A stretch of 63,065 bases of DNA, counting the filler, from Octopus bimaculoides (lineage: Eukaryota), in the NCBI RefSeq assembly GCF_001194135.2. It is 6 parts of 6 records of this genome, joined end to end, with 100 filler letters (N's around TTAATTAATTAA, not from the genome) between each part and the next. Parts side by side here need not be neighbours in the genome. Positions count along the whole stretch, not along the records: positions 1 to 3,614 come from NC_068982.1; positions 3,715 to 7,338 come from NC_068999.1; positions 7,439 to 12,471 come from NC_068981.1; positions 12,572 to 41,121 come from NC_068989.1; 2 more parts are not named here. The stretch is one strand, 5' to 3'. Positions 1-12,982 of this stretch are shown in pieces (the first letter of the stretch is position 1; every line of letters begins with the position of its first letter). The position numbers and the translations under genes were made by a program. The notes below the pieces were generated by a model. The model searched no databases. It worked only from the letters and a program-made list of their open reading frames with translations, and was not told the origin of the DNA.

Positions 1-97
1 CACACACACACACACACACACACTACTACACAGAAATACACAGACATATAGACAGACAGTCAGACAGGCAGATAGATAGACCGATAGACAGACAGAC

Positions 98-142
<45 letters not shown>

Positions 143-247
143 TAACTGTAAGCGTGTCATTTTTTATCTGTACAAAGGTATTTACTTCGTTTTAGTGAGC
201 ACAACACTCCACTACACGTGCATGTAAATATAGGAAGGTTATTACAG

Positions 248-322
<75 letters not shown>
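1..322. repeat. Compound microsatellites (CA)n, (GACA/GATA)n, (TG)n
   Basis: Read directly; abuts N gap 323-758. Similar arrays recur throughout and create the spurious HTHT/YIYI/CVCV ORFs. Confidence 0.95.
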
Positions 323-758
323 NNNNNNNNNNNNNNNNNNNNNNNNNNNNNNNNNNNNNNNNNNNNNNNNNNNNNNNNNNNNNNNNNNNNNNNNNNNNNN
401 NNNNNNNNNNNNNNNNNNNNNNNNNNNNNNNNNNNNNNNNNNNNNNNNNNNNNNNNNNNNNNNNNNNNNNNNNNNNNNNNNNNNNNNNNNNNNNNNNNNN
501 NNNNNNNNNNNNNNNNNNNNNNNNNNNNNNNNNNNNNNNNNNNNNNNNNNNNNNNNNNNNNNNNNNNNNNNNNNNNNNNNNNNNNNNNNNNNNNNNNNNN
601 NNNNNNNNNNNNNNNNNNNNNNNNNNNNNNNNNNNNNNNNNNNNNNNNNNNNNNNNNNNNNNNNNNNNNNNNNNNNNNNNNNNNNNNNNNNNNNNNNNNN
701 NNNNNNNNNNNNNNNNNNNNNNNNNNNNNNNNNNNNNNNNNNNNNNNNNNNNNNNNNN

Positions 759-804
<46 letters not shown>

Positions 805-1005
805 GCATGCATACCATACAAACACATACACACATACATGTATATGAATGTATGTATGTGTGCATATAATATATACATACACACACACGTACGCGTTTGT
901 AGATAGGTTATAGCTGGATCCCAGTAAACAATAAACACACAAACACATGCACGCGGACACACACACTCATATACACGAAACAAAACTGTCAATCCACTCT
1001 TCACC

Positions 1006-1041
<36 letters not shown>

Positions 1042-1097
1042 NNNNNNNNNNNNNNNNNNNNATGTGTGCGTATATATATATATATATATATATATAC

Positions 1098-1148
<51 letters not shown>

Positions 1149-1271
1149 CAAACAGATAGGTATGTATGTGTACACACACAAACACACACTCTCACACACA
1201 CACTCTCTCACACACACACGGGTGTGTGTATGTGTGAGTGCATGTGTGTGTAGATATATATATATATATAT

Positions 1272-1318
<47 letters not shown>

Positions 1319-1792
1319 TGTATACACACACACTCACACATACACAAACACTCGCCATCATAGAACATTTCCGTGGGAAAAATAGTCAAAGAAAATCTCT
1401 TACCGATTACAGAAGTGTGAACAAACAATAATTGAGACAAATTGAAGAAAATGCTAAAGAAATATATAAACGAAATGGAGAAACTTACACGCTGCCGATT
1501 ATATATACAACAGAAAATATATATAAATATATTGTAAATATATAATGAGTTAATACGTATCCGAGTAATATTCTGTAGGTTATGAAGTAAAGTAAAACTT
1601 GTCTTTAGTACTAAGTTTTGTTTTTTGCTGTCAACCAACAACTACTGTTCTTCTCACTGAGAGAAGTAATAAAATACAGTCAGTGTACCACCGTACGTCA
1701 CTTTCTATAGTGTGTGTGTGTATGCGTGTGTGTGTGTTTATTGGAAAGACAGAGAGGAAGTGAGGGAGAAAGAGACAGGAAAGAGGGCACGG

Positions 1793-1829
<37 letters not shown>

Positions 1830-2662
1830 TGTGTATGTATGTTTGTTGAGAAAAAAAGCAAGAGGGAGGGAGACAGGGAAGAGGGGCACGGCTGTGTGTA
1901 TGTGAGTGTATGTGTATGTGTGTGTGTGTGTCAGAGAGACAGAGAGGAAGAGGAAGAGAGTGTACGGGAAAAGCAGCACAGCTGTCTATATNNNNNNNNN
2001 NNNNNNNNNNNNNNNNNNNNNNNNNNNNNNNNNNNNNNNNNNNNNNNNNNNNNNNNNNNNNNNNNNNNNNNNNNNNNNNNNNNNNNNNNNNNNNNNNNNN
2101 NNNNNNNNNNNNNNNNNNNNNNNNNNNNNNNNNNNNNNNNNNNNNNNNNNNNNNNNNNNNNNNNNNNNNNNNNNNNNNNNNNNNNNNNNNNNNNNNNNNN
2201 NNNNNNNNNNNNNNNNNNNNNNNNNNNNNNNNNNNNNNNNNNNNNNNNNNNNNNNNNNNNNNNNNNNNNNNNNNNNNNNNNNNNNNNNNNNNNNNNNNNN
2301 NNNNNNNNNNNNNNNNNNNNNNNNNNNNNNNNNNNNNNNNNNNNNNNNNNNNNNNNNNNNNNNNNNNNNNNNNNNNNNNNNNNNNNNNNNNNNNNNNNNN
2401 NNNNNNNNNNNNNNNNNNNNNNNNNNNNNNNNNNNNNNNNNNNNNNGAGAGTGCGTGGCACTTTGTAAGCGCGCATAATCAATGCGTTTGCGTATGAGAG
2501 TGAGCGGACGGCTTCTCGGTTCTTTGTGGATGCCATTATTTCGAAGGCCTGTATAACGCAAGAGTTCTTTGTTTATATGCGTGCGAGCGTGTGGTACATC
2601 TTGTGTTTGTATGTGTGTTATGTGTGTGTGTGTGTGTTGTGTGTGTGTGTGTGTGTGTGTGC

Positions 2663-2695
<33 letters not shown>

Positions 2696-3327
2696 GCGAT
2701 TGAGTGTTATGTCAAAGTACAGATGAATCTTATCAAATGTTTGTTTACATTTCTACATTTGCACATGAATGCACGCCATGTATATATGTAATATATGTGT
2801 GAGTGTGTGTGTGTGTGTAAGTTTGTATATGTGCGTGTATGCATGTACCAGTTATTAGTTCTGAATATATATATAACATATTTATTTATATATGTACGTA
2901 TGCATACAATGTTTAGTCAAGAGTTTGTTTACATATGTGGTCAGTGTGCATGTTATTGTTCCGGCTCGTTCTATTAAGAAAGTATGTCTCCACAAGATAG
3001 AAATATATTTAATAAGAAAGGATGTGAGAAAGGTGTGAGAGAGTGATAGTGAAGAAGAGAGATAACGAAAGTAGGAGAGAAAAGCATGAGGGGATAAATG
3101 ATAAACAGTGTATATGCATTTATGTTTCTATATACATAATTATTTATTTACGTGAATGTATTTGTGCACACACGCACAAACACACACACATATAGGTATA
3201 CTTAAAGCGGGTGTCGTGAATAATTTTATTTGCGGCACATCGTGCGTTTCATTGTTTACGTAACATGTTCAAGTGTATATGTTTTCTTGGAAGCAACGCG
3301 TTCGTGGGACTCTGTGCACGTCTTAAG

Positions 3328-3614
3328 AGTATTCTTTTATTCTTTTACTTGTTTCAGTGATTTGACTGTGGCCATGCTGGAGCACCGGCTTTAGTCGAGC
3401 AAATCGACTCCAGGACTTATTCTTTGTAAGCCTAGTACTTATTCTATCGGATCTCTTTTGCCGAACCGCTAAGTTAAGGGGACGTAAACGCACCACCATC
3501 GGTTGTCAAACGATGTTGGGGGACGAGCACAGACACACAAATATATACATACATACATACATGCATACATACATACACGACAGGCTTCTTTCAGTTTCCG
3601 TCTACCAAGTCTAC
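3328..3614 (-). mobile_element. tRNA-derived SINE family A, 3' part (head lost in gap)
   Basis: Matches 7946-8342 (ccatgctggagc..., gccgaaccgctaagtt..., ggcttctttcagtttccgtctacc); internal (TACA)n. Confidence 0.85.
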
Positions 3615-3658
3615 NNNNNNNNNNNNNNNNNNNNNNNNNNNNNNNNNNNNNNNNNNNN

Positions 3659-3670
3659 TTAATTAATTAA
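3659..3670. other. Synthetic gap linker TTAATTAATTAA (assembly artefact)
   Basis: Identical 12-mer embedded between N runs, also at 7383-7394, 12516-12527, 41166-41177, 60318-60329. Confidence 0.9.
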
Positions 3671-3714
3671 NNNNNNNNNNNNNNNNNNNNNNNNNNNNNN
3701 NNNNNNNNNNNNNN

Positions 3715-3818
3715 AAGAAGAAGAAGAAGAAGAAGAAGAAGAAGAAGAAGAAGAAGAAGAAGAAGAAGAAGAAGAAGAAGAAGAAGAAGAAGAAGAAGAA
3801 GAAGAAGAAGAAGAAGAA
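3715..3818. repeat. (AAG)n microsatellite
   Basis: Perfect trinucleotide run next to a gap. Confidence 0.95.
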
Positions 3819-6800
3819 ACGTTTTGGGAGAAAGACGAAGAAAGTCGGTCATAAAATACACGAAAGAAAATAAGAAGAAAAAAAAGAAAAGAAAAGAAAA
3901 AGATGGCATAAGCCACTAGAGGAAGATTCCAGCATTCACAACACAGAATTTATTGCAAAACAAAAAAGTCTGCCTTTCGCATCAAAATAAATAGTAATAA
4001 TAATAATATAAATAATAACAATAAACTAAGAGAATGTGGATATCTATTTGAGCGTAAAATATTGTTATTCTTTGTGCAAACATCGAAGTCTAAGGAAGGC
4101 TACAAGAAAGAAAAGGAAAGAAAAAAAAAGGATAACTGTTATGTGTCAGTGATATCAGGGATGAAATATTGTATTATTTGAAGAATATGGCATAAAAGAA
4201 GGTAGCTGTCAAAATACTGTGGTATCCGTGTAATACTGTCTCGGCCTGCGTTAGATAAAAGGGAAATCCGTTACATTGGCATTGACGACAAAACGTAGTA
4301 GGAAAGATCGAACGTTTTTAACTGTATAGATATCGATTAGAAAAAGCAATGGTTAGGTAATTGGAATAATTAAATAGTTAGGACAAAGTAAAACACGGAA
4401 TTAGTAATAATTAGGGGAGTGAGTTGAGGTAAGATTTCATATGTGTACGGCCCCTGTCGGTCTGCGCTGATCATGATGATGGGTTGCTTTTGCACCTAAT
4501 ATGTCCTTGTTCATACCATAGGCTTGGCAAATAAAGAATGTTGTATGTCTACATGAAGTCTGTGCATGGAAGTATCCCTTCCGTCAGGCCGCCAGTGATG
4601 TCCAGTTGAAAGGGTATGTTACCGCAGGCGTTGCAGTCAGAAACGAAAAGAACCGGAAGAGATGTCTTATGTAGCACTTCCTGTCTCATCAATCCATCAA
4701 ACTTGTTTGGTACTTTTCATCGACCTCGAAAGTCAAAACAAGCAACGTTGACCATTGTAGGATTCGAAATGAGAACCATAGAGAAGAGGAACACATTTTT
4801 GCTCTATCCGATGCTTTGACGGCTGCCAATTTGCCTCTTTCGAGAAGCAAATGTTTTTTTTTTGTTTCATCGACCTAAATTTCAAGAAGGTAAAATAAAT
4901 AAATGTATAAGTGATTGAATAAATGAAACAATAAATAAAGTGTTACGATTCCTAATTTCTTAAATAAAACAGTGTGAAGGTAAAAGAAGAGAGAATTGGT
5001 TCCTTGAAAAAATGTTAAGCCCTGCACTGGTTAGTAGTTGTTTTGGGGATGAAATTTCTTTTCAATGAGCGGAGATGGATTTAACCCCTTAAGTATCATA
5101 TGGACTGGAAGTTGATTGGCATCGCCCAGTTAGTGCCGCTACCATTGTCTAAGTGAGCACTTTGTTCCAAATTCTTCAGAGTCCGCTGAGCAGACATATA
5201 GGCCTGTAAACCGTCTATAGGCCCATGTTGAACAATTCTACAGGTCTGAAATTATATACGACGCCCTATTGTCAGCGTTGATGCTATTGTTGGTGCTATG
5301 TTGTGTTTATTGTTGGTGGTGTTGTTACTAAATATTGGCTATTGTATTCATTTGCTGTTGTTGTTGCTGCTGTTATTGTTGTTATCAGCTGTCCATTATT
5401 GCTTGGTGAATCATTGTTATCAAACCTGAATCCATACACGTTGATAACATACAGAATTATATGTCTTCAGTTTGGTTTTAGATTTACCGTTTTATCTTAT
5501 TGTATTCGTTCAATTATTTTTAAATGATACGAACACTATTGTGTCAAGATAAAAAAAAAACAGCTAGGTGGAGGAGAGACGAGGAGGTTGCATATCACCA
5601 TCCCATAGGACATGTTATCCATCTATATTAAGCAACAAATGGCTTACCAGTTATTTTTAAACTGATAACTGACAGACCGGACATAAGACACCCACGTCTG
5701 GAGAACAGAGCCTCCATTTATCAAATTGTTTGTTCTTAGATACAGGTTTTACATATACAATAACGAAAATCAACCCCCAGTACATATCTACGAGCTAATG
5801 TGGGAGCCTGTACGTAGACACTCAATTTGCTAGAAATAGTAGCCGAAAGTCTTTTAAAAGCTAAAGTATACTTAAAACAATGTAGAGGAAATAAATGGTC
5901 ATGTGGACGTGAACAGCGAATATCGAAACTATGGTTTACGTACTTATCCTTGATAAATTCTGGTTGATTCGAACGTGAATAGTATTTGTCCTCTACGATT
6001 AATGTGTGTTCAGAACACACTTGGTTCTTTAGTAGAAGTGACTCTACGACGGCCGGTGTTTCAGCATCATTGTGTCTCGTCAAGAAGAGGCATCTCGAAC
6101 TAATTAATATCTGGCTTAGATCTTCAGCAGACAAGCTGCTTCCTGATCCGCGCTGATATATACCAAACAATGAGTAACTATTATATCCTCGCTTAACAAA
6201 GAGAATGAAAACGATGTCGTTAAACTGGGTGAATGACCCAGAGGCACTTGCGTTTATGAAAAGATAGTGGTAAGAATATGTATTCGTAGTAAACTAGAAT
6301 TTGTTTTCCTGTGATGATCTCGATAATAATTAACATATTTTCGTTCGAATCTGCCAAAACATATTAAGAATAAATACACAAGACATTCAATCTCGGTATG
6401 CGAAACAAACGTGATGGTCATTTCTGGAACGCCTTTGATCGGAGATTCCTACTGAATTACGGTTGATGTAGGACTAAATATGAGCAACAACAATTAATTT
6501 AGCAATTAATAGGGCAGTAAGTCTGGAAATAAGTTGGAACTCATTGTAATGTCAGACAAAAATAAGTAAATTCTTGGAACTAGAAAAGATCAAATATATT
6601 TATTAGAATGCGTTCGATTTTTTATTGCAATATTGATTTAAGATGAAACAGCAATACTTCAGAATAAAATTAACGAAGCAAAAAACATATAAAACGATAA
6701 TGTAGTCCTAGGTAAAGTAATCTGTTATCTTTTATCTCTGATTTCTTTCAGTTATTAGACTGCGACCACGCTGGGGCATTATCTTGGTTGATTTGAGCCG

Positions 6801-7945
6801 AACTAATCGACACCAGTAATTATGTTTCTTTTTCTTTTAAGTTTGAGACTTAATCTAACGCTGTTTTCCGTGGAGCCCTGGTGGTCTGCAAAGATAGAAC
6901 TGGGAGTCCGTCCTTAGTCGAAAGACACCTGTTGTTATGTCCTGTTATTTGTATTTGTGTAACTTTCTCCGTTTTTTCCGTCCTTGTTTTCGTATACATT
7001 CGCTGCTTTCTTCCAAGGAATCTAATGCTCTTAGCTTAGTTTTTCCTTAGGGCTGGCCAGATTGGAGCAATCTCGAGTATAACCAGCCGAAATTGCCATG
7101 ATAATCTGGAACTCGACTTAGGAAAGAAAACTCCGAATGACCTATCCTCGTTTTCTTTGTACCATCTGTCTGGATGTTTTGTTGTCCCATTTTGTATCAC
7201 CTAAAGCGGTCTTACTCCCACACTCTCAGGAACAGTCATTCTGAATCACGGAGTTTACACTTGCGTACATGAGTATGTATATATATGTGTGTGTATGTGT
7301 ATGCATCTATATATACGTATATATATATATATATATATNNNNNNNNNNNNNNNNNNNNNNNNNNNNNNNNNNNNNNNNNNNNTTAATTAATTAANNNNNN
7401 NNNNNNNNNNNNNNNNNNNNNNNNNNNNNNNNNNNNNNGTGTGTATATATATATATATATATATATACATACAAAGACGTTTCCAGAAAATGGTGAATGA
7501 TTTATTTATGTTGTGTAAGTTAATCTCTTATTAATCGCTGCCTTTATTTCTGTAACTCTCAGAAACACAACTCGCATTTCTTGCTCTTTGCTTACGCCTT
7601 CAACTGTAGTTTCTCCTCGGGGAGAACATGGATTTCTCCACCCACCCTCTCTCTCTCTCTGCATTTTTCTTGAGCCCTAGGATTCACAAGACCTTTTACT
7701 CGTTTTTCTACGGTGTATAATTGACCGGAATCACAAACCGAGATCACAGTATTCCCCCCCCCCCACCTCGCCCCTCATCCACCAACTTGAATATATATAA
7801 TTCTTAAACAAGAATGTTGTTGACAATGATTTGCGGAGTTTCGGCCTGGTGCACCATCGTCAGCTCAGCTGTGTCTTCTACTATAACCTCGGGCTGATGA
7901 CTGAAACAGGCAAAAGATAAATAAAATAAGTATTAGAATAATTTT

Positions 7946-8342
7946 TTTTCTTGTTTCAGTCATTTGACTGTGGCCATGCTGGAGCGCCGCCTTTAGTCGA
8001 GCAAACCAACCCCAGCACTTATTCTTTGTAAGCCTAGTACTTATTCTATCGGTATCTTTTGCCGAACCGCTAAGTTACGGGGACGTAAACACACCAGCAT
8101 CGGTTGTCAAGCGATGTTGGGGGGATAAATACAGACACACAAACATATACACACACATACATATATATACATATATACGACGGGCTTCTTTCAGTTTCCG
8201 TCTACCAAATCCACTCACAAGGCTTTGGTCGGCCCGAAGCTATAATAGAAGACACTTGCCCAAGGTGCCACGCAGTGGGACTGAACTCGGAACCATGTGG
8301 TTGGTAAGCAAGCTACTTACTACACAGCCAGTTCTGTGCCTA
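7946..8342 (-). mobile_element. tRNA-derived SINE family A, near full length
   Basis: Reverse strand begins ggcacagaactggctgtgtagtaag...ggttccgagttcagtccc (tRNA-like A/B boxes), has an internal TA/TG microsatellite and ends in a gaaacaagaaaa tail. Other copies at ~9810-10015, 13458-13972, 15570-15735, 25600-26300, 40080-40210, 45335-45795, 58262-58940. Confidence 0.85.
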
Positions 8343-8780
8343 TAAAATAAGTATTACAAATCTTTATTCCTTATATCCTTCAAGAAATTTTAGGTTTCGA
8401 TGTTTCTTCCTGAATGACTTTCTCACATATTCTGAAGGATCAAACGTTTTGAATTAGGATTTTCAATGGATAAACAAACTCAAAAGGATTTTTTAAGTAA
8501 TTTTCCACCTTCGTATTTAATGTTGGACATGTGTTACGTTATGTTTGCATAGGCAGGAAGTTCTGGAAGCGAGTCTTTCACAACTGTATATACTGGAAAT
8601 CACAATGTGTCTGTGTGTGTATGCGCATGTGTGTGTGTGTGTGTGTGCCTATGTGTGATTTATGTGAGTGTATGTATATATACGTAAATATATATATATA
8701 TATACGTACATATATATATCTATATCTATATATATGGAACAAACATATATATATATGGAACAAACGTATATATATATATA

Positions 8781-8854
<74 letters not shown>

Positions 8855-8923
8855 NNNNNNNNNNNNNNNNNNNNNNNNNNNNNNNNNNNNNNNNNNNNNN
8901 NNNNNNNNNNNNNNNNNNNNNNN

Positions 8924-8985
<62 letters not shown>

Positions 8986-9158
8986 GCACACACATATATA
9001 TGCATTTATGTATGTGCATATATGTGTATGTATATATATATATATATATATATGTACCTAAATATATATACATATATGCATGCATGTATGTATACATATA
9101 TATATATGTTTATATGTATATATGTATATATATAAACACACACATGTATGTATGTATG

Positions 9159-9206
<48 letters not shown>

Positions 9207-10056
9207 TTCGTTTCAGAGCGGTCCTTCTCATAGATGACATTATACATTGTTTCTGTCAAATATGAGGCCACGTAAGAAGATCATTCTCAGATAACATTTT
9301 GTAGCAGCTGCTGATCACGTGATTAATATCTTCCACAAATGACAATACAGAAATATATGACATAATCAACAGTTTGTCTCATGTCTTAAATGTTTAAAAC
9401 CTTCCACTGTCTCTCTTGTACGACAGGTATTTCGTAGTTCACTCATGCTATAGGGTTGAAAAGAATAACCTTCGAAATGTATCTTAATGGCCTCGAATCG
9501 AAGGGAATCTGTATGCCATGTGAATGTTAAAACAATTTACAAGTTTACGGCTAGAAAAGCTATAAAGTATATTTCTTTTCGATGTCAATGTCGAGGTTGA
9601 CCTGTCCAGCGTTTCTGGAAACTCATGGAAGAATATCATCAGGGACTAAGTATCTCTTAGTGCTTGTCTAGAGTTAAGACTCTTGACTCATATATGTTAC
9701 TGTTTAATGCATTATTGCTGTTATTGTTTATCAGGAACTCCCCGGGCGATGCATTACGATTGTAAAATTTTGTCTTCCGCGATCTTTCTTTCTTAGTTAG
9801 AGTCATGCATTATCTTTTATTTTTCATTTGTTTCAGGCATTAGACTGCCGCCATGCCGGGGCACTGCCTTGAAGGTTTGAACAAATCGCATCCCAGAATT
9901 TATTTAAAAAAAAAATATGGTACTTATATTTGCTCTTTGCTGAACTGCTAAATTACTGGGATGTCAACAAACCAATATCGGTTGTCAAGAAGCGGTAGGG
10001 GGCAAACACAAAGACACACGTACATACATATGCACATACATATGCACATACAATAT

Positions 10057-10094
<38 letters not shown>

Positions 10095-10392
10095 TTTAGT
10101 ATGAAAATATGGAGTGAACAGGTTTTATTGCGACTCACTACAACTGTTTCAACGCCTCATTATCAGCTGTTACTTTCTGAATATTACGTCATTTATACAC
10201 AATATTGTATTAATATGATTCAACAATAGCTGTGGTGACCCGAGTCAAAGCACTGCTTATACTCTACGGATATATGCAGATTTCCACGTGTATATGCAAT
10301 AACAGAAGTCCTACAATATGATAACATTTGGTAGCTGATACCCAGGGAAAGCACACCATAAGGTTATCACACAGATTATATATATATATATA

Positions 10393-10511
10393 TGTGACAA
10401 TTAGTCGGTTGCCATAATAAAACTCAGAGTTTCTGATGTCGGGGCGGAATTCTGTTCCGGCATCTTGTCAGTTATTAAGGGTTTTATTATGGGAACAGAC
10501 TAATTGTCACA
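10393..10511 (-). mobile_element. Fold-back mini-element carrying a decayed hammerhead motif
   Basis: Inverted ends tgtgacaattagtc/gactaattgtcaca flanked by TA; internal minus-strand hammerhead at 10416-10476; related to 13709-13792. Confidence 0.75.
10416..10476 (-). ncRNA. Minimal type-I hammerhead ribozyme, probably inactive (G8>A)
   Basis: AAUAA-CUGACAA-GAUGCCGG..CCGACAUC-A-GAAA-CUCUGAG-UU-UUAUU; stems I-III pair, core CUGACAA deviates from CUGANGA. Confidence 0.7.
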
Positions 10512-11188
10512 TATAATATAGATAAATTCCTCTATTTAATAATATCGAGGTCTCATTCAGTCTTTTGTTGCCATATTATTATTATTATTAATAATATATA
10601 TATATATATATATANNNNNNNNNNNNNNNNNNNNNNNNNNNNNNNNNNNNNNNNNNNNNNNNNNNNNNNNNNNNNNNNNNNNNNNNNNNNNNNNNNNNNN
10701 NNNNNNNNNNNNNNNNNNNNNNNNNNNNNNNNNNNNNNNNNNNNNNNNNNNNNNNNNNNNNNNNNNNNNNNNNNNNNNNNNNNNNNNNNNNNNNNNNNNN
10801 NNNNNNNNNNNNNNNNNNNNNNNNNNNNNNNNNNNNNNNNNNNNNNNNNNNNNNNNNNNNNNNNNNNNNNNNNNNNNNNNNNNNNNNNNNNNNNNNNNNN
10901 NNNNNNNNNNNNNNNNNNNNNNNNNNNNNNNNNNNNNNNNNNNNNNNNNNNNNNNNNNNNNNNNNNNNNNNNNNNNNNNNNNNNNNNNNNNNNNNNNNNN
11001 NNNNNNNNNNNNNNNNNNNNNNNNNNNNNNNNNNNNNNNNNNNNNNNNNNNNNNNNNNNNNNNNNNNNNNNNNNNNNNNNNNNNNNNNNNNNNNNNNNNN
11101 NNNNNNNNNNNNNNNNNNNNNNNNNNNNNNNNNNNNNNNNNNNNNNNNNNNNNNNNNNNNNNNNNNNNNNNNNNNNNNNNNNNNNNNN

Positions 11189-11533
11189 AGGTCGACTTTG
11201 CCTTTCATCCTTTCGGGGTCGATTAAATAAGTACCAGTTATGCACTGGGGTCGATATAATCAACTTAATCTGTTTGTCTGTCCTTGTTTGTCCCCTCTGT
11301 GTGTATCCCCTTGTGGGCAGTAAAGAAATAAGAAACGTTAGCACACCGGGCGAAATGCTTAGCCGTATTTCGTCTGTCTTTACGTTCTGAGTTCAAATTC
11401 CGCCGAGGTCGACTTTGCCTTTCATCCTTTCGGGGTCGATAAATTAAGTACCAGTTGCATACTAGAGTCGATCTAATCGACTGGCCCCCTCCCCCAAAAT
11501 TTCGGGCCTTGTGCCTAGAGTAGAAAAGAATTT
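11189..11533 (+). mobile_element. Two adjacent copies of tRNA-derived SINE family B
   Basis: cgttagcacaccgggcgaaatgcttagc...gagttcaaattccgccgaggtcgactttgcctttcatcctttcggggtcg; more copies at 12080-12260(-), 19700-19890(-), 22585-22770, 33225-34810, 35985-36480, 43395-43612(-). Confidence 0.85.
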
Positions 11534-11689
11534 GTATACATCCTGTGTTTGCTGTTGAAACATGGATCAAAATGGTGAATCGTGGGGAGGGGGTGGATTT
11601 GCACACCCTGTACTATAACAATACAGTATATTGCTCTTTTTGTTTTTTTTTGTTTAGATATTTGCATAAACTGATGATATCCTCTGTAG

Positions 11690-11850
11690 AGGTGCGTGGC
11701 CTAGCAGTTAGCCTGTTGCACTCACAGCGCGAGATCGTGGTTTCCAATCCTAGACCGGCTGCGCGTTGTGTTCTTGAGTAAAAGACTTATTTTCATTTTG
11801 CTCCAGTCTACTCAGCCTTAAATGGATAATCTTGTGACGGATTGGTGTAC
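11690..11850 (+). mobile_element. tRNA-derived SINE family C
   Basis: tggcctagcagttag...gtttccaatcc head followed by gttgtgttcttgag.aa.acact domain; related copies at 16585-16830, 32718-33005, 35325-35630, 61862-62185. Confidence 0.75.
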
Positions 11851-12261
11851 TAGGATGAAATGGTGACTAAGAAAAATCCCCCGAACGGAAATCTTGCGAG
11901 GCACGTTTTGTATCCAGCGATCGAAAGACGAACACTACAACCCAGACTATGAGCCCGAACTGATTGGTATTGATTGCTCAACCACGTCGAAGGTTAACTG
12001 ATTGATTGATTGGTACCCTCTGTTAACATTTTATGCAAGAGACTAACAAAGGCAAGGACCTATAAAATGAAACGATATTCAATTCTACTTTAGGAACAAG
12101 GCCCGAAATTTTGCGGGGAGGAAGCCAGTCGATTAGATCGACTCCAGTATGCAACTGGGACTTAATTTATCGACCCCAAAAGGATAAAAGCAAAGTCGAC
12201 CTCAGCGGAATTTGAACTCAGAACGTAAAGACAGACGAAATACCACTAAGCATTTCGCCTG

Positions 12262-12392
12262 TTATACATTATTTATATTTGTCATCTTGTTTGTTGTTAA
12301 CACAACGTTTCGGCTGATATTCCCTCCAGCCATCATCAGGTGTCTTGGGGAATTTTAAACCTGAGCTCTCATTCCTGAGTTATTTTTCGATG

Positions 12393-12471
<79 letters not shown>
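12262..12471 (-). mobile_element. Hammerhead-bearing SINE (family H), head lost in gap
   Basis: Homologous to 27124-27372 and 27419-27670, with (ATT)n tract, body and hammerhead. Confidence 0.85.
12299..12344 (-). ncRNA. Minimal type-I hammerhead ribozyme, intact core
   Basis: GACAC-CUGAUGA-U-GGCUG(gagggaauau)CAGCC-GAAA-CG-UU-GUGUU; palindromic AACGUU stem III without a loop; GUU triplet. Confidence 0.85.
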
Positions 12472-12571
12472 NNNNNNNNNNNNNNNNNNNNNNNNNNNNN
12501 NNNNNNNNNNNNNNNTTAATTAATTAANNNNNNNNNNNNNNNNNNNNNNNNNNNNNNNNNNNNNNNNNNNN

Positions 12572-12799
12572 CAATAGTGCTTTTACCTGGCACGAACCCA
12601 AACTGCATCTCATCTAAATTGATTCGCTCCCTAATTAGTTGGGCTATGACCCTCTCTGTAACTTTCATAACCTGATCTAACAGCTTGATGCCTCTGTAAT
12701 TATTTGTATCTAAAGTGTCACCTTTACCTTTGTAGCAGTTGACTATGATGCTGCTACACCAGTCATTGGGTATGACTCCTTCGTGTATCACCTGGTTCG

Positions 12800-12800
<1 letters not shown>
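12572..12800 (-). mobile_element. RTE-clade LINE fragment (RT N-terminal region)
   Basis: Translates as IPNDWCSSIIVNCYKGKGDTLDTNNYRGIKLL...QFGFVPGKST. Confidence 0.9.
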
Positions 12801-12850
<50 letters not shown>

Positions 12851-12982
12851 TACATACATACACACACACATGATGTGTAAGATGTTATGTAAAGTCACTT
12901 CCAAAATAAAATAAAATATATTGAGAATCTGTAAGTTATACTCTAATGATGACATATCTAACAATATTTGAAATAAACTTAC

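Noticed and set aside
1404-1453. 50-nt minus-strand exon-like segment (SIFFNLSQLLFVHTSVI), phase-compatible with exon 12983-13063
   Set aside because: Good splice signals but no resemblance to the expected PTPDC1 continuation; unsupported as a gene.
157-2977. Long ORFs rich in HT/YI/CV or X
   Set aside because: They are translations of dinucleotide microsatellites and N gaps; the same applies across the window.
3659-3670. Recurrent TTAATTAATTAA motif
   Set aside because: Always embedded in N runs; assembly linker, not biological.
7040-7100. GGCUGG..CCAGCC-GAAA hairpin resembling hammerhead stem II
   Set aside because: No CUGANGA core upstream.
7820-7870. Minus-strand CUGACGA...GAAAC
   Set aside because: Stem I does not pair and stem II is poor.
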